From NCBI GenBank assembly GCA_964016885.1, contig OZ024740.1, forward strand, positions 19,902,001-19,966,000: DNA of 64,000 nucleotides, given 5' to 3'. Positions 13,301-26,500 of the stretch are shown piece by piece (position 1 is the first letter of the stretch; the number at the start of each line of letters is the position of its first letter). Both the position numbers and the translations under genes were made by a program. This DNA is from Eledone cirrhosa. Lineage: Eukaryota. The notes beneath the pieces are model-generated. The model saw only the letters and a list, made by a program, of their open reading frames with translations, did no database searches and was not told the DNA's origin.

Positions 13301-16300
13301 AACAACTGATGCAGTGTCTCGACAGCTAACAACTGATGCAGTGTCCTCTCGACAGCTAACAACTGATGCAGTGTCCCCACAGCTAACAACTGATGCAGTG
13401 TCCTCTCGACAGCTAACAACTGATGCAGTGTCCCGACAGCTAACAACTGATGCAGTGTCCTCTCGACAGCTAACAACTGATGCAGTGTCCCGACAGCTAA
13501 CAACTGATGCAGTGTCTCGACAGCTAACAACTGATGCAGTGTCCTCTCGACAGCTAACAACTGATGCAGTGTCTCGACAGCTAACAACTGATGCAGTGTC
13601 TCGATAGCTAACAACTGATGCAGTGTCCTTCCGACAGCTAACAACTGATGCAGTGTCCTCTCGACAGCTAAAAACTGATGCAGTGATTCGACATCTAACA
13701 ACTGATGCAGTGTCCTCTCGACAGCTAACAACTGATGCAGTGATTCGACAGCTAACAACTGATGCAGTGTCCTCTCGACAGATAACAACTGATGCAGTGA
13801 TTCGACATCTAACAACTGATACAGTGTCCTCTCGACAGCTAACAACTGATGCAGTGTCCCGACAGCTAACAACTGATGCAGTGTCCTCTCGACAGCTAAC
13901 AACTGATGCAGTGTCCTCTCGACAGCTAACAACTGATGCAGTGTCCCGACAGCTAACAACTGATGCAGTGTCTCGACATCTAACAACTGATGCAGTGTCC
14001 CGACAGCTAACAACTGATACGGTGTCCCGACAGCTAACAACTGATGCAGTGTCCTCTCGACAGCTAACAACTGATGCAGTGTCCTCTCGACAGCTAACAA
14101 TTGATGGAGTGTCTCGACAGCTAACAACTGATGCAGTGTCTCGACAGCTAACAATAGATGCACTGTCCTTCCGACAGCTAACAACTGATGCAGTGTCCTC
14201 TCGACAGCTAACAACTGATGCAGTGTCTCCACAGCTAACAACTGATGCAGTGTCCTTCCGACAGCTAACAACTGATGCAGTGTCCTCTCGACAGGTAACA
14301 ACTGATGCAGTGATTCGACATCTAACAACTGATGCAGTGTCCTCTCGACAGCTAACATCTGATGCAGTGTCTCGACAGCTAACAACTGATGCAGTGTCCA
14401 TGCAGGTAACAACTGATGCAGTGTCCTCTCGACAGCTAACAACTTATGCAGTGTCCTCTCGACAGCTAACAACTGATGAAGTGTCCTCTCGACAGCTAAC
14501 AACTGATGTAGTGTCCTCTCGACAGCTAACAACTGATGAAGTGTCCTCTCGACAGCTAACAACTGATGCAATGTCCTCTATACAGCTAACAACTTATGCA
14601 GTGTCCTCTCGACAGCTAACAACTGATGCAGTGTCCTCTCGACAGCTAACAACTTATGCAGTGTCCTCTCGACAGCTAACAACTGATGTAGTGTCCTCTC
14701 GACAGCTAACAACTGATGAAGTGGCCTCTCGACAGCTAACAACTGATGCAATGTCCTCTATACAGCTAACAACTTATGCAGTGTCCTCTCGACAGCTAAC
14801 AACTTATGCAGTGTCCTCTCGACAGCTAACATCTGATGCAGTGTCTCGACAGCTAACAACTGATGCAGTGTCCCGACAGCTAACAACTGATGCAGTGTCT
14901 CGACATCTAACAACTGATGCAGTGTCCCAACAGCTAACAACTGATGCAGTGTCCTCTCGACAGCTAACAACTGGTGCAGTGTCCCGACAGCTAACAACTG
15001 ATGCAGTGTCCTCTCGACAGTTAACAACTGATACAGTGTCCTCTCGACAGCTAACAACTGATGCAGTGTCCCGACAGCTAACAACTGATGCAGTGTCCTC
15101 TCGACAGCTAACAACTGATGCAGTGTCCTCTCGACAGCTAACAACTGATGCAGTGTCCCGACAGCTAACAACTGATGCATTGTCCTCTCGACAGCTAACA
15201 ACTGATGCAGTGTCCCGACAGCTAACAACTGATGCAGTGTCCTCTCGAAAGCTAACAACTGATGCAGTATCCCGACAGCTAACAACTGATGCAGTGTCCC
15301 GACAGCTAACAACTGATGCAGTGTCTCGACAGCTAACAACTGATGCAGTGTCTCGACAGCTAACAACTGATGCAGTGTCCTTCCGACAGCTAACAACTGA
15401 TGCAGTGTCCTCTCGACAGCTAACAACTGATGCAGTGATTCGACAGCTAACAACTGATGCAGTGTCCTCTCGACAGCTAACAACTGATGCAGTGATTCGA
15501 CATCTAACAACTGATGCAGTGTCCTCTCGACAGCTAACAACTGATGCAGTGATTCGACAGCTAACAACTGATGCAGTGTCCTCTCGACAGCTAACAACTG
15601 ATGCAGTGATTCGACAGCTAACAACTGATGCAGTGTCCTCTCGACAGCTAACAACTGATGCAGTGTCCTCTCGACAGCTAACAACTGATGCAGTGTACCG
15701 ACAGCTAACAACTGATGCAGTGTCCTCTCGGCAGCTAACAACTGATGCAGTGTCCTCTCGACAGCTAACAACTGATGCAGTGTCCCGACAGCTAACAACT
15801 GATGCAGTGTCCTCTCGACAGCTAACAACTGATGCAGTGTCCTCTCGACAGCTAACAACTGATGCAGTGTCCCGACAGCTAACAACTGATGCAGTGTCCT
15901 CTCGACAGCTAACAACTGATGCAGTGTCCCGACAGCTAACAACTGATGCAGTGTCCTCTCGAAAGCTAACAACTGATGCAGTATCCCGACAGCTAACAAC
16001 TGATGCAGTGTCCCGACAGCTAACAACTGATGCAGTGTCTCGACAGCTAACAACTGATGCAGTGTCCCGACAGCTAACAACTGATGCAGTGTCTCGACAG
16101 CTAACAACTGATGCAGTGTCTCGACAGCTAACAACTGATGCAGTGTCCTTCCGACAGCTAACAACTGATGCAGTGTCCTCTCGACAGCTAAAAACTGATG
16201 CAGTGATTCGACATCTAACAACTGATGCAGTGTCCTCTCGACAGCTAACAACTGATGCAGTGATTCGACAGCTAACAACTGATGCAGTGTCCTCTCGACA

Positions 16301-18830
16301 GCTAACAACTGATGCAGTGTCTCGACAGCTAACAACTGATGCAGTGTCCACGCAGGTAACAACTGATGCAGTGTCCTCTCGACAGCTAACAACTTATGCA
16401 GTGTCCTCCCGACAGCTAACAACTGATGTAGTGTCCTCTCGACAGCTAACAACTGATGCAATGTCCTCTATACAGCTAACAACTTATGCAGTGTCCTCCC
16501 GACAGCTAACAACTGATGTAGTGTCCTCTCGACAGCTAACAACTGATGCAATGTCCTCTATACAGCTAACAACTTATGCAGTTTCCTCTCGACAGCTAAC
16601 AACTGATGCAGTGTCCTCTCGACAGCTAACAACTGATGCAGTGTCCCGAAAGCTAACAACTGATGCAGTGTCTCGACATCTAACAACTGATGCAGTGTCC
16701 CAACAGCTAACAACTGATGCAATGTCCTCTCGACAGCTAACAACTGATGCAGTGTCCCGACAGCTAACAACTGATGCAGTGTCCTCTCGACAGCTAACAA
16801 CTGATGCAGTGTCCCGACAGCTAACAACTGATGCAGTGTCCTCTCGACAGCTAACAACTGATGCAGTGTCTCGACAGCTAACAACTGATGCAGTGTCCTC
16901 TCGACAGCTAACAACTGATGCAGTGTCCCCACAGCTAACAACTGATGCAGTGTCCTCTCGACAGCTAACAACTGATGCAGTATCCCGACAGCTAACAACT
17001 GATGCAGTGTCCTCTCGACAGCTAACAACTGATGCAGTGTCCCGACAGCTAACAACTGATGCAGTGTCCCGACAGCTAACAACTGATGCAGTGTCTCGAC
17101 AGCTAACAACTGATGCAGTGTCTCGATAGCTAACAACTGATGCAGTGTCCTTCCGACAGCTAACAACTGATGCAGTGTCCTCTCGACAGCTAAAAACTGA
17201 TGCAGTGATTCGACATCTAACAACTGATGCAGTGTCCTCTCGACAGCTAACAACTGATGCAGTGATTCGACAGCTAACAACTGATGCAGTGTCCTCTCGA
17301 CAGATAACAACTGATGCAGTGATTCGACATCTAACAACTGATACAGTGTCCTCTCGACAGCTAACAACTGATGCAGTGTCCCGACAGCTAACAACTGATG
17401 CAGTGTCCTCTCGACAGCTAACAACTGATGCAGTGTCCTCTCGACAGCTAACAACTGATGCAGTGTCCCGACAGCTAACAACTGATGCAGTGTCTCGACA
17501 TCTAACAACTGATGCAGTGTCCCGACAGCTAACAACTGATACGGTGTCCCGACAGCTAACAACTGATGCAGTGTCCTCTCGACAGGTAACAACTGATGCA
17601 GTGATTCGACATCTAACAACTGATGCAGTGTCCTCTCGACAGCTAACAACTGATGCAGTGTCTCGACAGCTAACAACTGATGCAGTGTCCACGCAGGTAA
17701 CAACTGATGCAGTGTCCTCTCGACAGCTAACAACTTATGCAGTGTCCTCCCGACAGCTAACAACTGATGTAGTGTCCTCTCGACAGCTAACAACTGATGC
17801 AATGTCCTCTATACAGCTAACAACTTATGCAGTTTCCTCTCGACAGCTAACAACTGATGCAGTGTCCTCTCGACAGCTAACAACTGATGCAGTGTCCCGA
17901 AAGCTAACAACTGATGCAGTGTCTCGACATCTAACAACTGATGCAGTGTCCCAACAGCTAACAACTGATGCAGTGTCCTCTCGACAGCTAACAACTGATG
18001 CAGTGTCCCGACAGCTAACAACTGATGCAGTGTCCTCTCGACAGCTAACAACTGATGCAGTGTCCCGACAGCTAACAACTGATGCAGTGTCCTCTCGACA
18101 GCTAACAACTGATGCAGTGTCTCGACAGCTAACAACTGATGCAGTGTCCTCTCGACAGCTAACAACTGATGCAGTGTCCCCACAGCTAACAACTGATGCA
18201 GTGTCCTCTCGACAGCTAACAACTGATGCAGTGTCCCGACAGCTAACAACTGATGCAGTGTCCTCTCGACAGCTAACAACTGATGCAGTGTCCCGACAGC
18301 TAACAACTGATGCAGTGTCTCGACAGCTAACAACTGATGCAGTGTCCCGACAGCTAACAACTGATGCATTGTCTCGACAGCTAACAACTGATGCAGTGTC
18401 TCGATAGCTAACAACTGATGCAGTGTCCTTCCGACAGCTAACAACTGATGCAGTGTCCTCTCGACAGCTAAAAACTGATGCAGTGATTCGACATCTAACA
18501 ACTGATGCAGTGTCCTCTCGACAGCTAACAACTGATGCAGTGATTCGACAGCTAACAACTGATGCAGTGTCCTCTCGACAGATAACAACTGATGCAGTGA
18601 TTCGACATCTAAGAACTGATACAGTGTCCTCTCGACAGCTAACAACTGATGCAGTGTCCCGACAGCTAACAACTGATGCAGTGTCCTCTCGACAGCTAAC
18701 AACTGATGCAGTGTCCTCTCGACAGCTAACAACTGTTGCAGTGTCCCGACAGCTAACAACTGATGCAGTGTCTCGACATCTAACAACTGATGCAGTGTCC
18801 CGACAGCTAACAACTGATACGGTGTCCCGA
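8620..18830 (+). repeat. Recurrent 1278-bp higher-order unit (near-tandem pairs at ~8620-10890, ~11490-14030 and ~16500-18830; also ~2120-3790)
   Basis: CGATAG stops end at 9458/10736 (1278), 12327/13607 (1280 = 1278-1+3) and 17129/18407 (1278). ATGTCCTCTATA lies at 2343/3621 and 8853/10131 (1278). Confidence 0.88.
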
Positions 18831-21800
18831 CAGCTAACAACTGATGCAGTGTCCTCTCGACAGCTAACAACTGATGCAGTGTCCTCTCGACAGCTAACAA
18901 TTGATGCAGTGTCTCGACAGCTAACAACTGATGCAGTGTCTCGACAGCTAACAATAGATGCACTGTCCTTCCGACAGCTAACAACTGATGCAGTGTCCTC
19001 TCGACAGCTAACAACTGATGCAGTGTCTCCACAGCTAACAACTGATGCAGTGTCCTTCCGACAGCTAACAGCTGATGCAGTGTCCTCTCGACAGGTAACA
19101 ACTGATGCAGTGATTCGACATCTAACAACTGATGCAGTGTCCTCTCGACAGCTAACATCTGATGCAGTGTCTCGACAGCTAACAACTGATGCAGTGTCCA
19201 TGCAGGTAACAACTGATGCAGTGTCCTCTCGACAGCTAACAACTTATGCAGTGTCCTCTCGACAGCTAACAACTGATGTAGTGTCCTCTCGACAGCTAAC
19301 AACTGATGAAGTGTCCTCTCGACAGCTAACAACTGATGCAATGTCCTCTATACAGCTAACAACTTATGCAGTGTCCTCTCGACAGCTAACAACTGATGCA
19401 GTGTCCTCTCGACAGCTAACAACTTATGCAGTGTCCTCTCGACAGCTAACAACTGATGTAGTGTCCTCTCGACAGCTAACAACTGATGAAGTGGCCTCTC
19501 GACAGCTAACAACTGATGCAATGTCCTCTATACAGCTAACAACTTATGCAGTGTCCTCTCGACAGCTAACAACTTATGCAGTGTCCTCTCGACAGCTAAC
19601 ATCTGATGCAGTGTCTCGACAGCTAACAACTGATGCAGTGTCCCGACAGCTAACAACTGATGCAGTGTCTCGACATCTAACAACTGATGCAGTGTCCCAA
19701 CAGCTAAAAACTGATGCAGTGTCCTCTCGACAGCTAACAACTGGTACAGTGTCCCGACAGCTAACAACTGATGCAGTGTCCTCTCGACAGTTAACAACTG
19801 ATACAGTGTCCTCTCGACAGCTAACAACTGATGCAGTGTCCCGACAGCTAACAACTGATGCAGTGTCCTCTCGACAGCTAACAACTGATGCAGTGTCCTC
19901 TCGACAGCTAACAACTGATGCAGTGTCCCGACAGCTAACAACTGATGCATTGTCCTCTCCACAGCTAACAACTGATGCAGTGTCCCGACAGCTAACAACT
20001 GATGCAGTGTCCTCTCGAAAGCTAACAACTGATGCAGTATCCCGACAGCTAACAACTGATGCAGTGTCCCGACAGCTAACAACTGATGCAGTGTCTCGAC
20101 AGCTAACAACTGATGCAGTGTCTCGACAGCTAACAACTGATGCAGTGTCCTTCCGACAGCTAACAACTGATGCAGTGTCCTCTCGACAGCTAACAACTGA
20201 TGCAGTGATTCGACAGCTAACAACTGATGCAGTGTCCTCTCGACAGCTAACAACTGATGCAGTGATTCGACATCTACCAACTGATACAGTGTCCTCTCGA
20301 CAGCTAACAACTGTTGCAGTGTCCCGACAGCTAACAACTGATGCAGTGTCCTCTCGACAGCTAACAACTGATGCAGTGTCCTCTCGACAGCTAACAACTG
20401 ATGCAGTGTACCGACAGCTAACAACTGATGCAGTGTCCTCTCGGCAGCTAACAACTGATGCAGTGTCCTCTCGACAGCTAACAACTGATGCAGTGTCCCG
20501 ACAGCTAACAACTGATGCAGTGTCCTCTCGACAGCTAACAACTGATGCAGTGTCCTCTCGACAGCTAACAACTGATGCAGTGTCCCGACAGCTAACAACT
20601 GATGCAGTGTCCTCTCGACAGCTAACAACTGATGCAGTGTCCCGACAGCTAACAACTGATGCAGTGTCCTCTCGAAAGCTAACAACTGATGCAGTATCCC
20701 GACAGCTAACAACTGATGCAGTGTCCCGACAGCTAACAACTGATGCAGTGTCTCGACAGCTAACAACTGATGCAGTGTCCCGACAGCTAACAACTGATGC
20801 AGTGTCTCGACAGCTAACAACTTATGCAGTGTCTCGACAGCTAACAACTGATGCAGTGTCCTTCCGACAGCTAACAACTGATGCAGTGTCCTCTCGACAG
20901 CTAAAAACTGATGCAGTGATTCGACATCTAACAACTGATGCAGTGTCCTCTCGACAGCTAACAACTGATGCAGTGATTCGACAGCTAACAACTGATGCAG
21001 TGTCCTCTCGACAGCTAACAACTGATGCAGTGTCTCGACAGCTAACAACTGATGCAGTGTCCACGCAGGTAACAACTGATGCAGTGTCCTCTCGACAGCT
21101 AACAACTTATGCAGTGTCCTCCCGACAGCTAACAACTGATGTAGTGTCCTCTCCACAGCTAACAACTGATGCAATGTCCTCTATACAGCTAACAACTTAT
21201 GCAGTGTCCTCTCGACAGCTAACAACTGGTGCAGTGTCCTCTCGACAGCTAACAACTGATGCAGTGTCCCGAAAGCTAACAACTGATGCAGTGTCTCGAC
21301 ATCTAACAACTGATGCAGTGTCCCAACAGCTAACAACTGATGCAGTGTCCTCTCGACAGCTAACAACTGATGCAGTGTCCCGACAGCTAACAACTGATGC
21401 AGTGTCCTCTCGACAGCTAACAACTGATGCAGTGTCCCGACAGCTAACAACTGATGCAGTGTCCTCTCGACAGCTAACAACTGATGCAGTGTCTCGACAG
21501 CTAACAACTGATGCAGTGTCCTCTCGACAGCTAACAACTGATGCAGTGTCCCCACAGCTAACAACTGATGCAGTGTCCTCTCGACAGCTAACAACTGATG
21601 CAGTGTCCCGACAGCTAACAACTGATGCAGTGTCCTCTCGACAGCTAACAACTGATGCAGTGTCCCGACAGCTAACAACTGATGCAGTGTCTCGACAGCT
21701 AACAACTGATGCAGTGTCTCGATAGCTAACAACTGATGCAGTGTCCTTCCGACAGCTAACAACTGATGCAGTGTCCTCTCGACAGCTAAAAACTGATGCA

Positions 21801-23550
21801 GTGATTCGACATCTAACAACTGATGCAGTGTCCTCTCGACAGCTAACAACTGATGCAGTGATTCGACAGCTAACAACTGATGCAGTGTCCTCTCGACAGA
21901 TAACAACTGATGCAGTGATTCGACATCTAACAACTGATACAGTGTCCTCTCGACAGCTAACAACTGATGCAGTGTCCCGACAGCTAACAACTGATGCAGT
22001 GTCCTCTCGACAGCTAACAACTGATGCAGTGTCCTCTCGACAGCTAACAACTGATGCAGTGTCCCGACAGCTAACAACTGATGCAGTGTCTCGACATCTA
22101 ACAACTGATGCAGTGTCCCGACAGCTAACAACTGATACGGTGTCCCGACAGCTAACGACTGATGCAGTGTCCTCTCGACAGCTAACAACTGATGCAGTGT
22201 CCTCTCGACAGCTAACAATTGATGCAGTGTCTCGACAGCTAACAACTGATGCAGTGTCTCGACAGCTAACAATAGATGCACTGTCCTTCCGACAGCTAAC
22301 AACTGATGCAGTGTCCTCTCAACAGCTAACAACTGATGCAGTGTCTCCACAGCTAACAACTGATGCAGTGTCCTTCCGACAGCTAACAACTGATGCAGTG
22401 TCCTCTCGACAGGTAACAACTGATGCAGTGATTCGACATCTAACAACTGATGCAGTGTCCTCTCGACAGCTAACATCTGATGCAGTGTCTCGACAGCTAA
22501 CAACTGATGCAGTGTCCATGCAGGTAACAACTGATGCAGTGTCCTCTCGACAGCTAACAACTTATGCAGTGTCCTCTCGACAGCTAACAACTGATGTAGT
22601 GTCCTCTCGACAGCTAACAACTGATGAAGTGTCCTCTCGACAGCTAACAACTGATGCAATGTCCTCTATACAGCTAACAACTTATGCAGTGTCCTCTCGA
22701 CAGCTAACAACTGATGCAGTGTCCTCTCGACAGCTAACAACTTATGCAGTGTCCTCTCGACAGCTAACAACTGATGTAGTGTCCTCTCGACAGCTAACAA
22801 CTGATGAAGTGTCCTCTCGACAGCTAACAACTGATGCAATGTCCTCTATACAGCTAACAACTTATGCAGTGTCCTCTCGACAGCTAACAACTTATGCAGT
22901 GTCCTCTCGACAGTTAACATCTGATGCAGTGTCTCGACAGCTAACAACTGATGCAGTGTCCCGACAGCTAACAACTGATGCAGTGTCTCGACATCTAACA
23001 ACTGATGCAGTGTCCCAACAGCTAACAACTGATGCAGTGTCCTCTCGACAGCTAACAACTGGTGCAGTGTCCCGACAGCTAACAACTGATGCAGTGTCCT
23101 CTCGACAGTTAACAACTGATACAGTGTCCTCTCGACAGCTAACAACTGATGCAGTGTCCCGACAGCTAACAACTGATGCAGTGTCCTCTCGACAGCTAAC
23201 AACTGATGCAGTGTCCTCTCGACAGCTAACAACTGATGCAGTGTCCCGACAGCTAACAACTGATGCATTGTCCTCTCGACAGCTAACAACTGATGCAGTG
23301 TCCCGACAGCTAACAACTGATGCAGTGTCCTCTCGAAAGCTAACAACTGATGCAGTATCCCGACAGCTAACAACTGATGCAGTGTCCCGACAGCTAACAA
23401 CTGATGCAGTGTCTCGACAGCTAACAACTGATGCAGTGTCTCGACAGCTAACAACTGATGCAGTGTCCTTCCGACAGCTAACAACTGATGCAGTGTCCTC
23501 TCGACAGCTAACAACTGATGCAGTGATTCGACAGCTAACAACTGATGCAG
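12770..23550 (+). repeat. Overlapping higher-order duplications with offsets ~4800 bp (12.8-16.5 kb vs 17.6-21.2 kb) and 3318 bp (18.4-20.2 kb vs 21.7-23.5 kb)
   Basis: TAG 13607>18407 (4800)>21725 (3318); ATGCAGGTA ~14400>~19200 (4800)>~22518 (3318). The offset shrinks to 4770 and then 4713 by loss of a 30-mer and of 57 bp. Confidence 0.82.
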
Positions 23551-26500
23551 TGTCTCGACAGCTAACAACTGATGCAGTGTCCTTCCGACAGCTAACAACT
23601 GATGCAGTGTCCTCTCGACAGCTAACAACTGATGCAGTGATTCGACAGCTAACAACTGATGCAGTGTCCTTCCGACAGCTAACAACTGATGCAGTGTCCT
23701 CGACAGCTAACATCTGATGCAGTGTCTCGACAGCTAACAACTGATGCAGTGTCCATGCAGGTAACAACTGATGCAGTGTCCTCTCGACAGCTAACAACTT
23801 ATGCAGTGTCCTCTCGACAGCTAACAACTGATGTAGTGTCCTCTCGACAGCTAACAACTGATGAAGTGTCCTCTCGACAGCTAACAACTGATGCAATGTC
23901 CTCTATACAGCTAACAACTTATGCAGTGTCCTCTCGACAGCTAACAACTTATGCAGTGTCCTCTCGACAGCTAACATCTGATGCAGTGTCTCGACAGCTA
24001 ACAACTGATGCAGTGTCCCGACAGCTAACAACTGATGCAGTGTCTCGACATCTAACAACTGATGCAGTGTCCCAACAGCTAACAACTGATGCAGTGTCCT
24101 CTCGACAGCTAACAACTGGTGCAGTGTCCCGACAGCTAACAACTGATGCAGTGTCCTCTCGACAGTTAGCAACTGATACAGTGTCCTCTCGACAGCTAAC
24201 AACTGATGCAGTGTCCCGACAGCTAACAACTGATGCAGTGTCCTCTCGACAGCTAACAACTGATGCAGTGTACTCTCGACAGCTAACAACTGATGCAGTG
24301 TCCCGACAGCTAACAACTGATGCATTGTCCTCTCGACAGCTAACAACTGATGCAGTGTCCCGACAGCTAACAACTGATGCAGTGTCCTCTCGAAAGCTAA
24401 CAACTGATGCAGTATCCCGACAGCTAACAACTGATGCAGTGTCCCGACAGCTAACAACTGATGCAGTGTCTCGACAGCTAACAACTGATGCAGTGTCTCG
24501 ACAGCTAACAACTGATGCAGTGTCCTTCCGACAGCTAACAACTGATGCAGTGTCCTCTCGACAGCTAACAACTGATGCAGTGATTCGACAGCTAACAACT
24601 GATGCAGTGTCTCGACAGCTAACAACTGATGCAGTGTCCTTCCGACAGCTAACAACTGATGCAGTGTCCTCTCGACAGCTAACAACTGATGCAGTGATTC
24701 GACAGCTAACAACTGATGCAGTGTCCTTCCGACAGCTAACAACTGATGCAGTGTCCTCTCGACAGCTAACAACTGATGCAGTGATTCGACAGCTAACAAC
24801 TGATGCAGTGTCCTCTCGACAGCTAACAACTGATGCAGTGATTCGACATCTAACAACTGATACAGTGTCCTCTCGACAGCTAACAACTGTTGCAGTGTCC
24901 CGACAGCTAACAACTGATGCAGTGTCCTCTCGGCAGCTAACAACTGATGCAGTGTCCTCTCGACAGCTAACAACTGATGCAGTGTCCCGACAGCTAACAA
25001 CTGATGCAGTGTCCTCTCGACAGCTAACAACTGATGCAGTGTCCTCTCGACAGCTAACAACTGATGCAGTGTCCCGACAGCTAACAACTGATGCAGTGTC
25101 CTCTCGACAGCTAACAACTGATGCAGTGTCCCGACAGCTAACAACTGATGCAGTGTCCTCTCGACAGCTAACAACTGATGCAGTGTCCCGACAGCTAACA
25201 ACTGATGCAGTGTCCTCTCGACAGCTAACAACTGATGCAGTGTCCCGACAGCTAACAACTGATGCAGTGTCTCGACAGCTAACAACTGATGCAGTGTCCC
25301 GACAGCTAACAACTGATGCAGGGTCTCGACAGCTAACAACTGATGCAGTGTCTCGACAGCTAACAACTGATGCAGTGTCCTTCCGACAGCTAACAACTGA
25401 TGCAGTGTCCTCTCGACAGCTAAAAACTGATGCAGTGATTCGACATCTAACAAACAACTGATGCAGTGTCCTCTCGACAGCTAACAACTGATGCAGTGAT
25501 TCGACAGCTAACAACTGATGCAGTGTCCTCTTGACAGCTAACAACTGATGCAGTGAGTCGACATCTAACAACTGATGCAGTGTCCTCTCGACAGCTAACA
25601 ACTGATGCAGTGTCTCGACAGCTAACAACTGATGCAGTGTCCTCTCGACAGCTAACAACTGATGCAGTGTCCTCTCGACAGCTAACAACTGATGCAGTGT
25701 CCCGAAAGCTAACAACTGATGCAGTGTCTCGACATCTAACAACTGATGCAGTGTCCCGACAGCTAACAACTGATACAGTGTCCCGGCAGCTAACAACTGA
25801 ATCAGTGTCCTCTCGACAGCTAACAACTGATGCAGTGTCCTCTCGACAGCTAACAATTGATGCAGTGTCTCGACAGCTAACAACTGATGCAGTGTCTCGA
25901 CAGATAAAAATAGATGCAGTGTCCTTCCGACAGCTAACAACTGATGCAGTGTCCTCTCGACAGATAACAACTGATGCAGTGTCCTCTCGACAGCTAACAA
26001 CTGATGCAGTGTCCCGACAGCTAACAACTGATGCAGTGTCTCGAAAGCTAAGAAATGATGCAGTGATTCGACAGCTAACAACTGATGCAGTGTCTCGACA
26101 GCTAACAACTGATGCAGTGTCCTCTCGAAAGCTAACAACTGATGCAGTATCCCGACAGCTAACAACTGATGCAGTGTCCCGACAGCTAACAACTGATGCA
26201 GTGTCTCGACAGCTAACAACTGATGCAGTGTCCCGACAGCTAACAACTGATGCAGTGTCTCGACAGCTAACAACTTATGCAGTGTCTCGACAGCTAACAA
26301 CTGATGCAGTGTCCTTCCGACAGCTAACAACTGATGCAGTGTCCTCTCGACAGCTAAAAACTGATGCAGTGATTCGACATCTAACAACTGATGCAGTGTC
26401 CTCTCGACAGCTAACAACTGATGCAGTGATTCGACAGCTAACAACTGATGCAGTGTCCTCTCGACAGCTAACAACTGATGCAGTGTCTCGACAGCTAACA

